Of a DNA stretch of 64,000 nt, positions 48,500-57,948 are shown in pieces. The notes under the pieces are model-generated. The model was given only the letters and a program-made list of their open reading frames with translations. It made no database searches and had not been told where the DNA came from. Source of the stretch: an uncultured Candidatus Saccharibacteria bacterium (GTDB lineage Bacteria > Patescibacteriota > Minisyncoccia > Phycocordibacterales > UBA2100). The DNA is taken from contig CAZUVH010000002.1 in NCBI GenBank assembly GCA_964623775.1, positions 110,454 through 174,453 on the forward strand, in the 5' to 3' direction. Each line of letters begins with the position of its first letter. The stretch's first letter is position 1. Both the position numbers and the translations under genes were made by a program.

Positions 48500-48594
48500 T
48501 CTCCTCTATCGAGGGCACGTGCATGCACGTGCGTTGATGGACATATCTGTCCAGGGTTCTTCCCAGAGAGATTCTACACAAATTTTCGCAAATT

Positions 48595-48627
48595 AAAAAC
48601 GGCGGTCCTTTTCGGACCGCCGTTTTC
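48595..48627. terminator. bidirectional intrinsic terminator (cggcggtcc-ttttc-ggaccgccg flanked by A5 and T4)
   Basis: Perfect 9-bp stem; serves small ORF 48638..48781 (minus) and possibly gene 48101..48499 antisense read-through. Confidence 0.55.
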
Positions 48628-48637
48628 GAATTTGAAA

Positions 48638-48781
48638 TTATTTAACGAGGGACAGGCAGCGAAGGCAGGCACTCTGGCGCGCGCGAGTCTTGATGTATTT
48701 GTTGCCGCACTCGCAAATGACAACCTTGGGGGCGTTGGGATTATCGATCCACTTACCGTCTTTCATAAAGTTTTTGACCAT
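48638..48781 (-). CDS. small (47 aa) zinc-ribbon-like protein, not in ORF track
   Basis: Minus-strand ORF MVKNFMKDGKWIDNPNAPKVVICECGNKYIKTRARQSACLRCLSLVK with CxC...CxxC; upstream TTGACG-17-TAATCT sigma70-like promoter; followed by terminator. Confidence 0.35.
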   Translation of the reverse strand: MVKNFMKDGKWIDNPNAPKVVICECGNKYIKTRARQSACLRCLSLVK

Positions 48782-48873
48782 ACCTGTTTTTTTGGCTTTA
48801 CTTAGCTAGATTATCACACTTTTCGACTTTCGTCAATGGGGCAAAAAGGTCGCCAGCAGCGCTGTGATAGAAC

Positions 48874-48896
48874 AAAAAACCCGCCTTTTGGGCGGG
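48874..48896 (-). terminator. intrinsic terminator (cccgcc-tttt-gggcggg) of M50 protease gene
   Basis: Hairpin followed on minus strand by tttttgtt. Confidence 0.55.
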
Positions 48897-48905
48897 CTAA
48901 TCTCT

Positions 48906-49445
48906 TTAGAGAAGGGCATCAATTACGCGTGCCCCATCTGTTGAACTGCCATCGTGCATGCGAATCGGTACCAGATTGAACACGCCTAGCGCATTACGAT
49001 ATATGAAGCATACGAAGAACGCTGTTGGGAAGAATTCAGCCCAGCTGAACGTTGTTGGATTCGCGAGCATCTGGGCCGCCAAATGAAAATCCGACCATCC
49101 GCGAAATATATACACGAGCAGTACTGCTACAATGTTCGCGGCGACGCCCGCTAGCGCGATAGCAACCTCCCTCGTCACTGTCGTCTCTTCGCGGTACGCA
49201 TCCATCGCGCCACCACTAATGTTCGCTGAAATACACAGATATGATCTGTTTCCGTTCAACATGAATGGAATTTCGCAGTATCGCTTTGCGCCCGGCGATC
49301 CTATCCAAACCTGATGGAGTCTATAACCACAGAGGACAGCGACACTCGCATGTCCCAACTCATGAATAGCAGTGCCGAGCAAATAGACTGGCAGATACAC
49401 AACAAACGGCGATACCAGCAGGGCCAGGGTAATACTCTCCGACAT
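48906..49445 (-). CDS. M50 family (site-2 protease-like) zinc metalloprotease
   Basis: HELGH in first TM region and NLVPIRMHDG (LDG-like) motif. Confidence 0.65.
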   Translation of the reverse strand: MSESITLALLVSPFVVYLPVYLLGTAIHELGHASVAVLCGYRLHQVWIGSPGAKRYCEIPFMLNGNRSYLCISANISGGAMDAYREETTVTREVAIALAGVAANIVAVLLVYIFRGWSDFHLAAQMLANPTTFSWAEFFPTAFFVCFIYRNALGVFNLVPIRMHDGSSTDGARVIDALL

Positions 49446-49549
49446 GTCCTACTCCTTTCCGTTCGAATGTATACCACAATAATTGTAGATGTAAACGGAT
49501 ACCGAGCGACGATTTGCAATGCATACCGATGTGCTAGCATAAGTCTGTC

Positions 49550-50593
49550 ATGCGCATCGAAGAGGACGTAAAGTTGGATTACAAAGACGTACTTATTCGC
49601 CCCAAGCGCTCTACCCTATCCAGTCGAAGAGAAGTCGACATTACACGTGAGATTAAATTTAAGGCATCCGGCCAATCAGTGATTGGTGTACCTATCATTG
49701 CCGCCAACATGGACGGCGTCGGCACCTTCTCGATGGCACGCGTATTTCTCAAGCACAAAATGTTTGTTGCGTTGCACAAACACTACTCGGTGCCGGAATT
49801 GAAGAAATTTTTTGAGTCACTGAAGCGCACAGAAGCGCCGTACGTTTTCTATACGATGGGTATCAAGGATGAGGATGTGAAGAAACTCGATGCGCTTCTC
49901 AAGGTATGCGACGAAAAGTACATCCAGAGTATTTGCATCGATGTCGCCAATGGCTACACCGAGCGTTTTGTGGAATTTGCAAAAAAGCTCCGTAAACGCT
50001 TCCCCAAGAAAATCATCATGGCTGGCAATGTGGTGACGGGCGAGATCGTCGAAGAGCTTGCGCTCGCCGGAGTGGATATCATCAAGGTGGGGATCGGCCC
50101 CGGATCGGTGTGCACGACGCGCAAAATGACAGGCGTCGGCTACCCGCAGCTCTCGGCAGTGATCGAGTGTGCCGATGCGGCGCACGGAATCGGCGCGCAC
50201 ATCTGTGCCGACGGCGGCTGCCAAGCGCCGGGCGATGTGGCAAAAGCATTCGGCGGTGGCGGCGATTTTGTCATGATCGGCAGCATGCTTTCCGCCCACA
50301 AAGAATCGGAGCAGTCGATCGTGGAGCGAGGCGGCACTCAATATATAGAATATTACGGTTCGTCCTCACGGGAGGCCATGATGAAACACCACGGCGGCAT
50401 CGCCGAATATCGGGCAAGCGAAGGAAAGTCTGTCGCTGTCCCCTACAAAGGCCACGTCGAGAATACCTTGCAAGATATCCTCGGCGGATTGCGCTCTGCG
50501 TGCACCTATGTGGGCGCAAAGAAGCTCAAGGAACTCCCCAAACGCACCACCTTCATCCGTGTCACCCAGCAACTGAATCCGCAATACGACTAG
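49550..50593 (+). CDS. guaC: GMP reductase
   Basis: Near-identity to GuaC over full length ([23 protein letters not shown]..., [28 protein letters not shown]). Confidence 0.9.
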   Translation: MRIEEDVKLDYKDVLIRPKRSTLSSRREVDITREIKFKASGQSVIGVPIIAANMDGVGTFSMARVFLKHKMFVALHKHYSVPELKKFFESLKRTEAPYVFYTMGIKDEDVKKLDALLKVCDEKYIQSICIDVANGYTERFVEFAKKLRKRFPKKIIMAGNVVTGEIVEELALAGVDIIKVGIGPGSVCTTRKMTGVGYPQLSAVIECADAAHGIGAHICADGGCQAPGDVAKAFGGGGDFVMIGSMLSAHKESEQSIVERGGTQYIEYYGSSSREAMMKHHGGIAEYRASEGKSVAVPYKGHVENTLQDILGGLRSACTYVGAKKLKELPKRTTFIRVTQQLNPQYD

Positions 50594-51684
50594 TCAAAGC
50601 CTTCCAATTTTTGAGGAGGTTCCGTCGCGACATCGAGCGCGCCCTTGGTGTACGTATCGAGGTTTGGTACAAGATAGTGATCCGCTAGTCTCCGATGAAT
50701 CTGATAGACAGCAGCGACTACGCTTTCCGACTTTCCCGTCTCTGTCTGCACGCGTGCATCACGCGCCGGACATCCGAGACGCTTTTCTTCCGAAACTACA
50801 TAATGACGTCCTTCTATATACCGTTCGTATTGTTCTATCGCGGATTGGTCGAAGGCGAACTGGTACCTTTCGTCTGTCTGGTCAATGGAGAATAATTCGA
50901 GCGGAAACTCCAGGTGGAGCGACCTGCCGACCCCGGAACCGGCTTTTGCAAATTCCGAAAGACGAGCGAAGCTTGAAATGTGCATCGATGACAGTTCAAT
51001 AGCGAGCGGTTCCGCTGCAGCCGCAAAACCGGAAAATGCTTCTGGTGTTATAACGCGTCCATACTTTTGGTAAAAAGCTACCGGTATAGCGCGCATAATA
51101 TTCCAACTTACAATGGCGGAAGTATTTGCGCCGCGCAGCACAAAATTCCGAGTAAAATTTTCCTCTTCACTTGTCGACTTTACACGCCCGCGATATATAG
51201 TGTCCGTTAGCAACATCTGCATGCGTTTTTCTACCTTCGCATCGTAGCTGTCCGGATTCTCCTGTGTGCTTTTCCACCACATATCGAGAGCATCCGCAAA
51301 GGCGGATGGATACGCGGATTCAATTTCAATGACATCGTGAAAGAAACCTCCCGCATTTGCCGTGTCGAACTGCGGCGGAATACATTTGAATATCGTTTTG
51401 TTCAACGGCATCATTGCCCAGTTTGGATACATTTTTAGCCCGTCTCTTTGGTCGCCCAGTATTTTTGTAACCTCAGGATGCAATCGTTCGGTCACGTACG
51501 CCGTGAGCGCGTACAATTCTTTTTTTACCTCACCCGAGATATCAAGGGGATCAAGATTTTCTCGCGTGGTCGATATTTCCTGGTGCTCGCGAAGCGCCTT
51601 CAGTGAGCGCGCTATCGCATTCCCTCGCTCCTCCGGCATGAGTACGCGTGACATTCGTTCCTCCATGAAAGAAGTGTATATCAA
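50590..51684 (-). CDS. hypothetical protein
   Basis: 364 aa; no recognisable domain; 4-nt overlap with guaC stop on opposite strand. Confidence 0.45.
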   Translation of the reverse strand: MIYTSFMEERMSRVLMPEERGNAIARSLKALREHQEISTTRENLDPLDISGEVKKELYALTAYVTERLHPEVTKILGDQRDGLKMYPNWAMMPLNKTIFKCIPPQFDTANAGGFFHDVIEIESAYPSAFADALDMWWKSTQENPDSYDAKVEKRMQMLLTDTIYRGRVKSTSEEENFTRNFVLRGANTSAIVSWNIMRAIPVAFYQKYGRVITPEAFSGFAAAAEPLAIELSSMHISSFARLSEFAKAGSGVGRSLHLEFPLELFSIDQTDERYQFAFDQSAIEQYERYIEGRHYVVSEEKRLGCPARDARVQTETGKSESVVAAVYQIHRRLADHYLVPNLDTYTKGALDVATEPPQKLEGFD

Positions 51685-51735
51685 CGATAAAAAAAGAGGA
51701 GGGCTAGATTGCTCTCCTCTGAAATATAGTTCGGC

Positions 51736-52077
51736 TCACGCGGCTTTCGGCGGCTGATTGTTCCTCTCAGCCAAAAGTTCGAGTTCGCGTTTTTCAAAAG
51801 CGGCGCACTGCATGTACTCGATCGAAGGCTCGTACTTCCCGTACCGCGCGATTTCAGAATCGGTGTCAAAATCGACAGATTTCCAGAACTTCTCAGGCGG
51901 CGGCGGGTTGTTGACGGGATCGATGGGATTCCGTGGATCGACCAACGGGTCGAACTCGTAACCAAGTGCCTTGGGCTTCATGACGCCCTCCTCGCGTGTC
52001 ACTGACCTTTTTATACTCCTCTTATCCGATCTGTAAAGAGTACATAAAGCACAGAGTACGGCATACCATGACACCAA
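51736..52077 (-). CDS. hypothetical protein
   Basis: ORF-track entry; likely start at MKPKALGYEF; Pro-rich; no domain. Confidence 0.3.
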   Translation of the reverse strand: MVSWYAVLCALCTLYRSDKRSIKRSVTREEGVMKPKALGYEFDPLVDPRNPIDPVNNPPPPEKFWKSVDFDTDSEIARYGKYEPSIEYMQCAAFEKRELELLAERNNQPPKAA

Positions 52078-52209
52078 TAGCGAACTATTAGCTCGATCGC
52101 CTAATCTATTTCAGACAGATGAATATTGTTCCAGAGCTGCAAATATACAACTATTGGTGTGATGGTATACTCTCGTCAGAGAATTTCACAAAAAAATGAG
52201 GAGTATCGG

Positions 52210-52824
52210 ATGACGATACTAATAGCGGCGCAGGCGACATTTGTTGTGGGTCTGATGTGTTTCTCAATAGGAGAATGGTCGATTCACAAATACATAATGC
52301 ATCAGGCGTTCTGGTTCATTACATTTCCCGCCTACGCACACGGCAAGGTTCATCATGGTGTCTTCGGGTACGATGAGACATATCACCTCGGGAACAGGTC
52401 GGCCGAAGATGTCGCGTACGCGAGGTCGAAGATTGCTGCTGCAAATTGGACTTTCGCTGTCGTTATTCCGCTCGGCACGATACCGTTCCTTATCGCGGCA
52501 GCGCCATTTTGGTATTTTGGTCTCACTGATATCGCTCTCACGATTGTGATTGTCGGCTCGCTCACCGCGACGATGTACTACATCACCTACGAGACGATCC
52601 ACTGGTGGATGCATCTGCCCAAGAAGCGACGTGCCGAGAGATCGAGATTGTTCATCTGGCTCAACGGCCATCACATCTTGCATCATCGCTACCACCACAA
52701 GAATCTCAATGTCGTGCTACCATTTGCCGACATTATTTTCGGTACAAAACTTTGGCGATCGCCCGTGCGCTTCGCGCAGGTGCGCGGAGATATGGTACCT
52801 GATCTGCAGCCACGCGGATCCTGA
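52210..52824 (+). CDS. fatty acid hydroxylase / sterol desaturase superfamily membrane protein
   Basis: His boxes HKYIMH, HWWMH, HHILHHRYHH on a 4-TM scaffold. Confidence 0.6.
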   Translation: MTILIAAQATFVVGLMCFSIGEWSIHKYIMHQAFWFITFPAYAHGKVHHGVFGYDETYHLGNRSAEDVAYARSKIAAANWTFAVVIPLGTIPFLIAAAPFWYFGLTDIALTIVIVGSLTATMYYITYETIHWWMHLPKKRRAERSRLFIWLNGHHILHHRYHHKNLNVVLPFADIIFGTKLWRSPVRFAQVRGDMVPDLQPRGS

Positions 52825-52830
52825 TCTCAA

Positions 52831-52864
52831 GCCGCCTTTCAGTAGTGAAGGGCGGTTTTATCTT
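52831..52864 (+). terminator. intrinsic terminator (ccgccttt...aagggcgg + ttttatctt)
   Basis: Hairpin immediately after stop of hydroxylase gene followed by T-run. Confidence 0.5.
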
Positions 52865-52937
52865 GCGAGGATAGCGAGGAGCATGCGAACATTTACGTTC
52901 GCATGCTCGAGCGACACAGCAAGCAAAGATGAAATCT

Positions 52938-53900
52938 TTATTTTTCTTTCTTGATGCTGTTTAAAATCTTCTGCACCTCTTTCATGCTTTTGTCGTCAAG
53001 GATCGAGATCGGTAATGCGGTCACCTTGGCCTTTTTGAGCGCTGCGACTTTTTTCTTGATTTCACCGGCATCCACCATGTCCGACTTCGTCAATAATACG
53101 TACTCCTTCTTTTCTTTGAGAGCGGGATTGTACGCGTGGAGCTCTTTGCGGATAATTTTGTAATCACGCACCGGATCATCGGATTCAGCGGAGATGAGAT
53201 GCAAGAGTGTCTTCGTGCGCTCCACGTGTTTGAGGAATTTGTCACCAAGTCCTTTTCCTTCTGAGGCGCCCTCAATGAGTCCCGGGATGTCAGCGATGAT
53301 TGTGCCGTAATAATCACCGAGGTGCGGCTCGAGTGTCGTAAAGGCGTAATTGGCGACTCTGCTTTTTGCAGCGGTAAGTTCATTGAGCAAGCTCGATTTG
53401 CCCGCATTCGGCAGGCCCACGAGTCCCACATCGGCAATGAGCCTGAGCTCTAGTATGTAGTCGGCAACATCTCCCGGCGTGCCCTCTTCATGCTCCATCG
53501 GTGTTGTATTCGTGGATGAGCGGAATTTAAAATTGCCTCGGCCGCCCTTGCCTCCGCCCGCCGCGAGGACACGCTCGCCCACCGCATTGATCTCCTTCGT
53601 AAATCCCGTCTCTTTATTGATGATGAGTGTCCCCGCAGGCACTTTGATGATTTTGTCTTCCCCACGCGTACCGTCGATGAATTGCCCACGACCATCTCCA
53701 CCTTTCTCTGCGCGGACCACCTTGTTGGCACTCATGCTCGCGAGCGCATTGATATCGGATACGCCCTCAAAATAGATATTGCCGCCATTACCACCATCAC
53801 CGCCCGTCGGGCCGCGATTGAGACGTACCTTTTGAAACGCCACGGCGCCGCGACCCCCCGGTCCGGCTTCGAGACGCATTTCTATGTGATCAACGAGCAT
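52938..53900 (-). CDS. obg: GTPase Obg
   Basis: Obg fold N-domain (Gly-rich GGDGGNGGN), G-domain motifs GLPNAGKSS, DIPG, TKSD. Confidence 0.95.
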   Translation of the reverse strand: MLVDHIEMRLEAGPGGRGAVAFQKVRLNRGPTGGDGGNGGNIYFEGVSDINALASMSANKVVRAEKGGDGRGQFIDGTRGEDKIIKVPAGTLIINKETGFTKEINAVGERVLAAGGGKGGRGNFKFRSSTNTTPMEHEEGTPGDVADYILELRLIADVGLVGLPNAGKSSLLNELTAAKSRVANYAFTTLEPHLGDYYGTIIADIPGLIEGASEGKGLGDKFLKHVERTKTLLHLISAESDDPVRDYKIIRKELHAYNPALKEKKEYVLLTKSDMVDAGEIKKKVAALKKAKVTALPISILDDKSMKEVQKILNSIKKEK

Positions 53901-53967
53901 ATGAGTCGCATGCTATCACAAACTAAAAAAATGACCCCGAAATGGTCGGGGTCGAATTTGCGAAAGA

Positions 53968-54339
53968 TCATTCAAGCGCGTGGTGATACCAGTGGCCCTC
54001 CCAACCTTTCACTGCCTCCTTCAGGAGTGGCGGGTTCGAATTGAGGGAAAGCTTGTACGTGTCGTCTCCACTCTTAAACGTAATTTCACTGTAACGCAAA
54101 TCGATATAGGTGACGTAGTCGAGTCCCAGATAGACTGCCCGATCCTTACCCACATCCTTGAAAGGGATGCTCAGACCGCGTGCGTTCGCATGAATATTGA
54201 GCTTGAGCTTGGCTGCAATATGGGTAAGAAGCGCAAAATCCAAACCATATTCATTCGGCTTTCGCAGACCATGAATCGTCATCTCTATATCAGCGATGAT
54301 GCGCGCTGGGTAATCGGGCAAGGGGCAGAAAGGTGCCAC
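53968..54339 (-). CDS. hypothetical protein
   Basis: 123 aa, no recognisable domain. Confidence 0.4.
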   Translation of the reverse strand: MAPFCPLPDYPARIIADIEMTIHGLRKPNEYGLDFALLTHIAAKLKLNIHANARGLSIPFKDVGKDRAVYLGLDYVTYIDLRYSEITFKSGDDTYKLSLNSNPPLLKEAVKGWEGHWYHHALE

Positions 54340-54565
54340 AACCGTCTCGTCGAGAACATTTTCATCAACAAGACGACAACGATGCGCGCCACCACTCTAA
54401 TACACATAGTTGGGGCACTCACCGCACGAGCTCACACAATCGACTATCTTCCGCATTTTCAAACTCCCTTTGAATCGCTGCGGAGAAGTTAATCGACCCC
54501 GACGATTGTGTCAAATAAAAAGGGCGAGTCGTGAGACTCGCCCTCGTGCTAAGTACTAAGCTAAC

Positions 54566-55690
54566 TCAGCGTGTGTAGTAATCCTTGAACGCTGCGACGG
54601 CATTCGTCGCGGCGGTGAGGAGATTGTCCCGCAAGCACAGCTCATCGCAGAGCATGAAATTGCGATAGCCGATCTCATACAGCCATGCAAGCTGCTCGAA
54701 GTCGGCGTCGGAAGGAACTTCATTGATCCCGATCGAATACTTGATCACGCCGTCGACGATCGAAGGAACCTTGTTGACCACCGAGAGCATCATGCGCGAT
54801 CCTGCGATCGCGTATGGATCTTTCTCGATGATCAATTTCTGTGCCTTGAGGATCTCGTGCGGCATATCGAGTTCGACATAGAGATCACCTTTTGCTGCAC
54901 AGAGCCGAAGATTGTCGCGTTTTTTGAATTCGCGCGCGACGTACTCCATACCCTGTTTACTCTCGATCTTGAGGACTACCTCTTCGTGCTTGCCGACGAG
55001 GTCCAGGAACTCATCGACGTCGCGCTGACTCTGCACATACGAGAGGAACCAGCGCACGATTCCGTGCTTTTTTACTTTCTGGATCTTCTCGAGCTCGAGA
55101 TCGGTAAATTGATTGCCGCCGACTCTGAGCGAGGCGTCGCGGATGTGCAACGATTCGCCCACACGCACGTCGTTGTACGGGCGGCAGTTGCCGGGAAACG
55201 CGAGCTGGTGGAACCAGCCGTCACCCGGTAGTGGCGCTTCAGGCGACCCATACCACTGCTTCCCGTCGCCGAGATTCGTCAGGAATCCACTGTCGGCACC
55301 AGCCTTAAAGAGGACGGGCGTCGGTACATTGACCCTGATCGGATGGTTGAGTTCGAATGCGAGCGCATTCGGATCATCGATGACCTTCGTGACGCGAAGT
55401 TGCCGACCCTTAATGTCGAAGTAGAGCGGCACTTTCACTCCCTGCGGAATGAGCGCGAGCTGTTTGTCAAGATCGAAGGTCGTAAGCATCGCACTGTTGA
55501 GACGGATGCCGGCAAGCCGCGTATCATTGATGAATTTCCCAAAGTGAGAAAAGCTCGGTAGAAGCGTGACCATGATCTCGAGTTCTTTCGGGATCAGCGG
55601 CGACTTCGGCTTGATGAGTGTAGTACTCTTCGTTCGCGGCTCTTGTCCAAAGATTCGGTCATACATTTTACTGCTGAATAAATCTTTCAT
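54566..55690 (-). CDS. divergent pyruvate-kinase-like TIM-barrel protein (no C-terminal PK domain)
   Basis: Collinear by eye with pyruvate kinase barrel: LYFDIKGRQLR ~ LLDTKGPEIR, VLKIESKQGMEYV ~ ISKIENQEGL, AAKGDLYVEL ~ VARGDLGVEI, AQKLIIEKD ~ AQKMMIEKC; AGGAGG SD before MKDLF start. Confidence 0.45.
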   Translation of the reverse strand: MKDLFSSKMYDRIFGQEPRTKSTTLIKPKSPLIPKELEIMVTLLPSFSHFGKFINDTRLAGIRLNSAMLTTFDLDKQLALIPQGVKVPLYFDIKGRQLRVTKVIDDPNALAFELNHPIRVNVPTPVLFKAGADSGFLTNLGDGKQWYGSPEAPLPGDGWFHQLAFPGNCRPYNDVRVGESLHIRDASLRVGGNQFTDLELEKIQKVKKHGIVRWFLSYVQSQRDVDEFLDLVGKHEEVVLKIESKQGMEYVAREFKKRDNLRLCAAKGDLYVELDMPHEILKAQKLIIEKDPYAIAGSRMMLSVVNKVPSIVDGVIKYSIGINEVPSDADFEQLAWLYEIGYRNFMLCDELCLRDNLLTAATNAVAAFKDYYTR

Positions 55691-55751
55691 GATGTCCTCC
55701 TGAATGAATTTGGGGAGGGCAACTTTGCCCTCCCCTTGTTGGTTTTCAATT

Positions 55752-56747
55752 TCACCATTCGTCGGTGGGCTTGCCGGCGCCAAGACCCTTGGTCGCCGAA
55801 TTTCCCGAACGCTTTTTGGTGCCCGATACTGTATCGGGCTTCGCAAGTGCATGAACTGTCTTCAAAGACCGATACACAGTGGCGACCTGTGTTGCATTCT
55901 GCCGCCCTTCGATCTCCTTGCGGAAATAGCCGACCTTGCCGACTTCCTGCGCGAGAAGTCCGAATATGACGTCGACAGCTCGATTTGCATCGGAGAGGAG
56001 TGCGATGCGTTCCGCGCCGACAAGAGTCTTCCAGCGGTCGTAGACTTGCTGCGTGACCGCCGGCAATGTATCGCCGGAGATCCGCTCGGAGCCATATGGC
56101 TTCAGAATAATGTATAGCGAATATTTCTCCATCGTCTGTTCGACGATCTCCTCGATCGTATGAGTCTTTTCGATGACGACCCTTGCATGCTTCTTTGCAT
56201 CCACTACCGTGATGCGTGCGCACGGCATTTCATCCGTGATGATGATGTACACCGGCTTGTTTTTCGCCTTTGGCATATGCGTATTGTGGATACGGTAGAG
56301 CATCGCGAGGCCATGAGCCTCGTGATACAGTGCCGACCCGCCTCCGCCGCCGACGTGCTGAATCTTGTCGAGTTCTTTCAGCATCTCCGGCCCATCCGCA
56401 AAGGGACGCATCTGAACAGGGTAGTCGTCCTCGAGATCGCAGAAGCCACCGAAACTGATCTTTGCGTCCTCGCCGAGATATTCTTTCTTCACCTCGTGCT
56501 CGAAGTACGGAGCCTTGACGAAGAACTGCTTGTCCCAGCCATCCATAGATCCGCTACCGTCCGAATCGATGCAGCACTGGCTGTCGCTGTCGGTCGAAAT
56601 GGAATCAGGTAGGAGCTTGGAAGCCGGTCCCGCTAATTGCGCTTTTGCGTAGCCTCGGCCGGCGTTTACGTCGTAATTTTGTCGTGCCTGATCGAAGTTG
56701 TGACCTTTCCAGTGCGTTGCCGGTGTGTAGTCGCCGTCTTCTGACAT
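55752..56747 (-). CDS. von Willebrand factor A (vWA) domain protein, TerY-like
   Basis: MIDAS-like IDSDGSGSM motif and Rossmann-like alternating pattern. Confidence 0.6.
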   Translation of the reverse strand: MSEDGDYTPATHWKGHNFDQARQNYDVNAGRGYAKAQLAGPASKLLPDSISTDSDSQCCIDSDGSGSMDGWDKQFFVKAPYFEHEVKKEYLGEDAKISFGGFCDLEDDYPVQMRPFADGPEMLKELDKIQHVGGGGGSALYHEAHGLAMLYRIHNTHMPKAKNKPVYIIITDEMPCARITVVDAKKHARVVIEKTHTIEEIVEQTMEKYSLYIILKPYGSERISGDTLPAVTQQVYDRWKTLVGAERIALLSDANRAVDVIFGLLAQEVGKVGYFRKEIEGRQNATQVATVYRSLKTVHALAKPDTVSGTKKRSGNSATKGLGAGKPTDEW

Positions 56748-56785
56748 GTCATTCTCCTTCTATTGTCAGATGTGGGTGGGTAGAC

Positions 56786-57814
56786 TCAGGATAACCAATC
56801 TTTCCAGTTCGAGCGCGCTCTGCCGAAACTTTTCTCGCGAACCTTGTCGAATTTGGCGGAAAGTTCCGCCGCATCCCTCGGCCGGTTGAGGACGTTGTAT
56901 ACGACGAGTGATTTGATGAATTCACACATCGCGTCCGGCACATTGCTCGGCACTTGCTTCAGCCGTACCGCATCAATCTTTCCCGTCAGCGCATAGATCA
57001 TACACATACCGAGACTGTAGAGATCGGATTCGGGTACGAGCGTCTTACCCTCGATCTGTTCCGGTGGCGAGAAGATCTCCGTATAACCCTTGCTGCCGGT
57101 ATCGGCCGTCGGCTTTACCGACGAGAGTCCGAAATCGACGAGTTGTGCAATATGTTTCTCCGGCTGGAGAATGATGTTTTGCGGCTTCAAGTCCCCGTGC
57201 AAGATACCGTGACGATGGAGCCAGCCGAGTGTGTTGAGAACTCGATCAGCTATGGATGCCACGATCTCGGGGTCCCGCTTACCGTGTTTTTCGACGGCCT
57301 GTTCGAGTGTTGGGCCTTCCACCCAACTCATCACGAGCGCGAGTGCGCCATTGTCGAGCTCAATCACATCTCTCATGATTGGCAGCCCGTAGTGGCTGAG
57401 ATTCCAGATGGATTTCGCCTCTTGCTTGAGGATCTCTTCCGCAACGGGAGAGATCTCAGAACAGATCTTGACGCATGAAAGCTCGTCCAGCAGCTGATGC
57501 TGGGCTTTGTACGTCACTCCGAATCCTCCTTGCGCCACTTTGGCGATCTTGCGATAGGGACCGATCATGCCGCTTGAGTTCGACTTCGTTTTCCGATATT
57601 CATCGTATTCGCGACGCGACTTTGGATTGGCGATGATCTCATACGCTTCTGCTATCCGCTTCACATTCGATTCGGTCGCACCCGCGATGCGTGGGGCGTG
57701 AATTTTCAGAAGCGCCTTGTGAGCCACCTCAATGATCTCAATCTGGGACCTTGGATGCACCTGGAGCACCTTATAGAGATCCATATCGTACGCTGACGGA
57801 AAGGCATGGGACAT
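56786..57814 (-). CDS. Hanks-type Ser/Thr protein kinase with N-terminal degenerate J-domain
   Basis: N-terminus DLYKVLQV...KIHAPRIAG...YEIIANPKSRREYDEY matches J-domain helices with HPD replaced by HAPR; kinase motifs GGFGVTYKA, VKI, HGDLKPQNIIL, DFGLS, SPPE. Confidence 0.85.
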   Translation of the reverse strand: MSHAFPSAYDMDLYKVLQVHPRSQIEIIEVAHKALLKIHAPRIAGATESNVKRIAEAYEIIANPKSRREYDEYRKTKSNSSGMIGPYRKIAKVAQGGFGVTYKAQHQLLDELSCVKICSEISPVAEEILKQEAKSIWNLSHYGLPIMRDVIELDNGALALVMSWVEGPTLEQAVEKHGKRDPEIVASIADRVLNTLGWLHRHGILHGDLKPQNIILQPEKHIAQLVDFGLSSVKPTADTGSKGYTEIFSPPEQIEGKTLVPESDLYSLGMCMIYALTGKIDAVRLKQVPSNVPDAMCEFIKSLVVYNVLNRPRDAAELSAKFDKVREKSFGRARSNWKDWLS

Positions 57815-57948
57815 GAGTATCTTTCCTTATGTAGGAATCAAAGTACCTGCGGCGATACTACATCAAGAAAATGGCTTTAGTCAACGGTATAATTTGACTT
57901 TTTGGACAGTTCGTGTTTGATGCGCGCAGATCAAAAAGGGAGACCGCC

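Noticed and set aside
56786-57000. Separate dnaJ gene at the kinase N-terminus
   Set aside because: The J-like segment is in frame and continuous with the kinase domain, with no intervening stop or ribosome-binding site. It is treated as a fused domain, not a gene.
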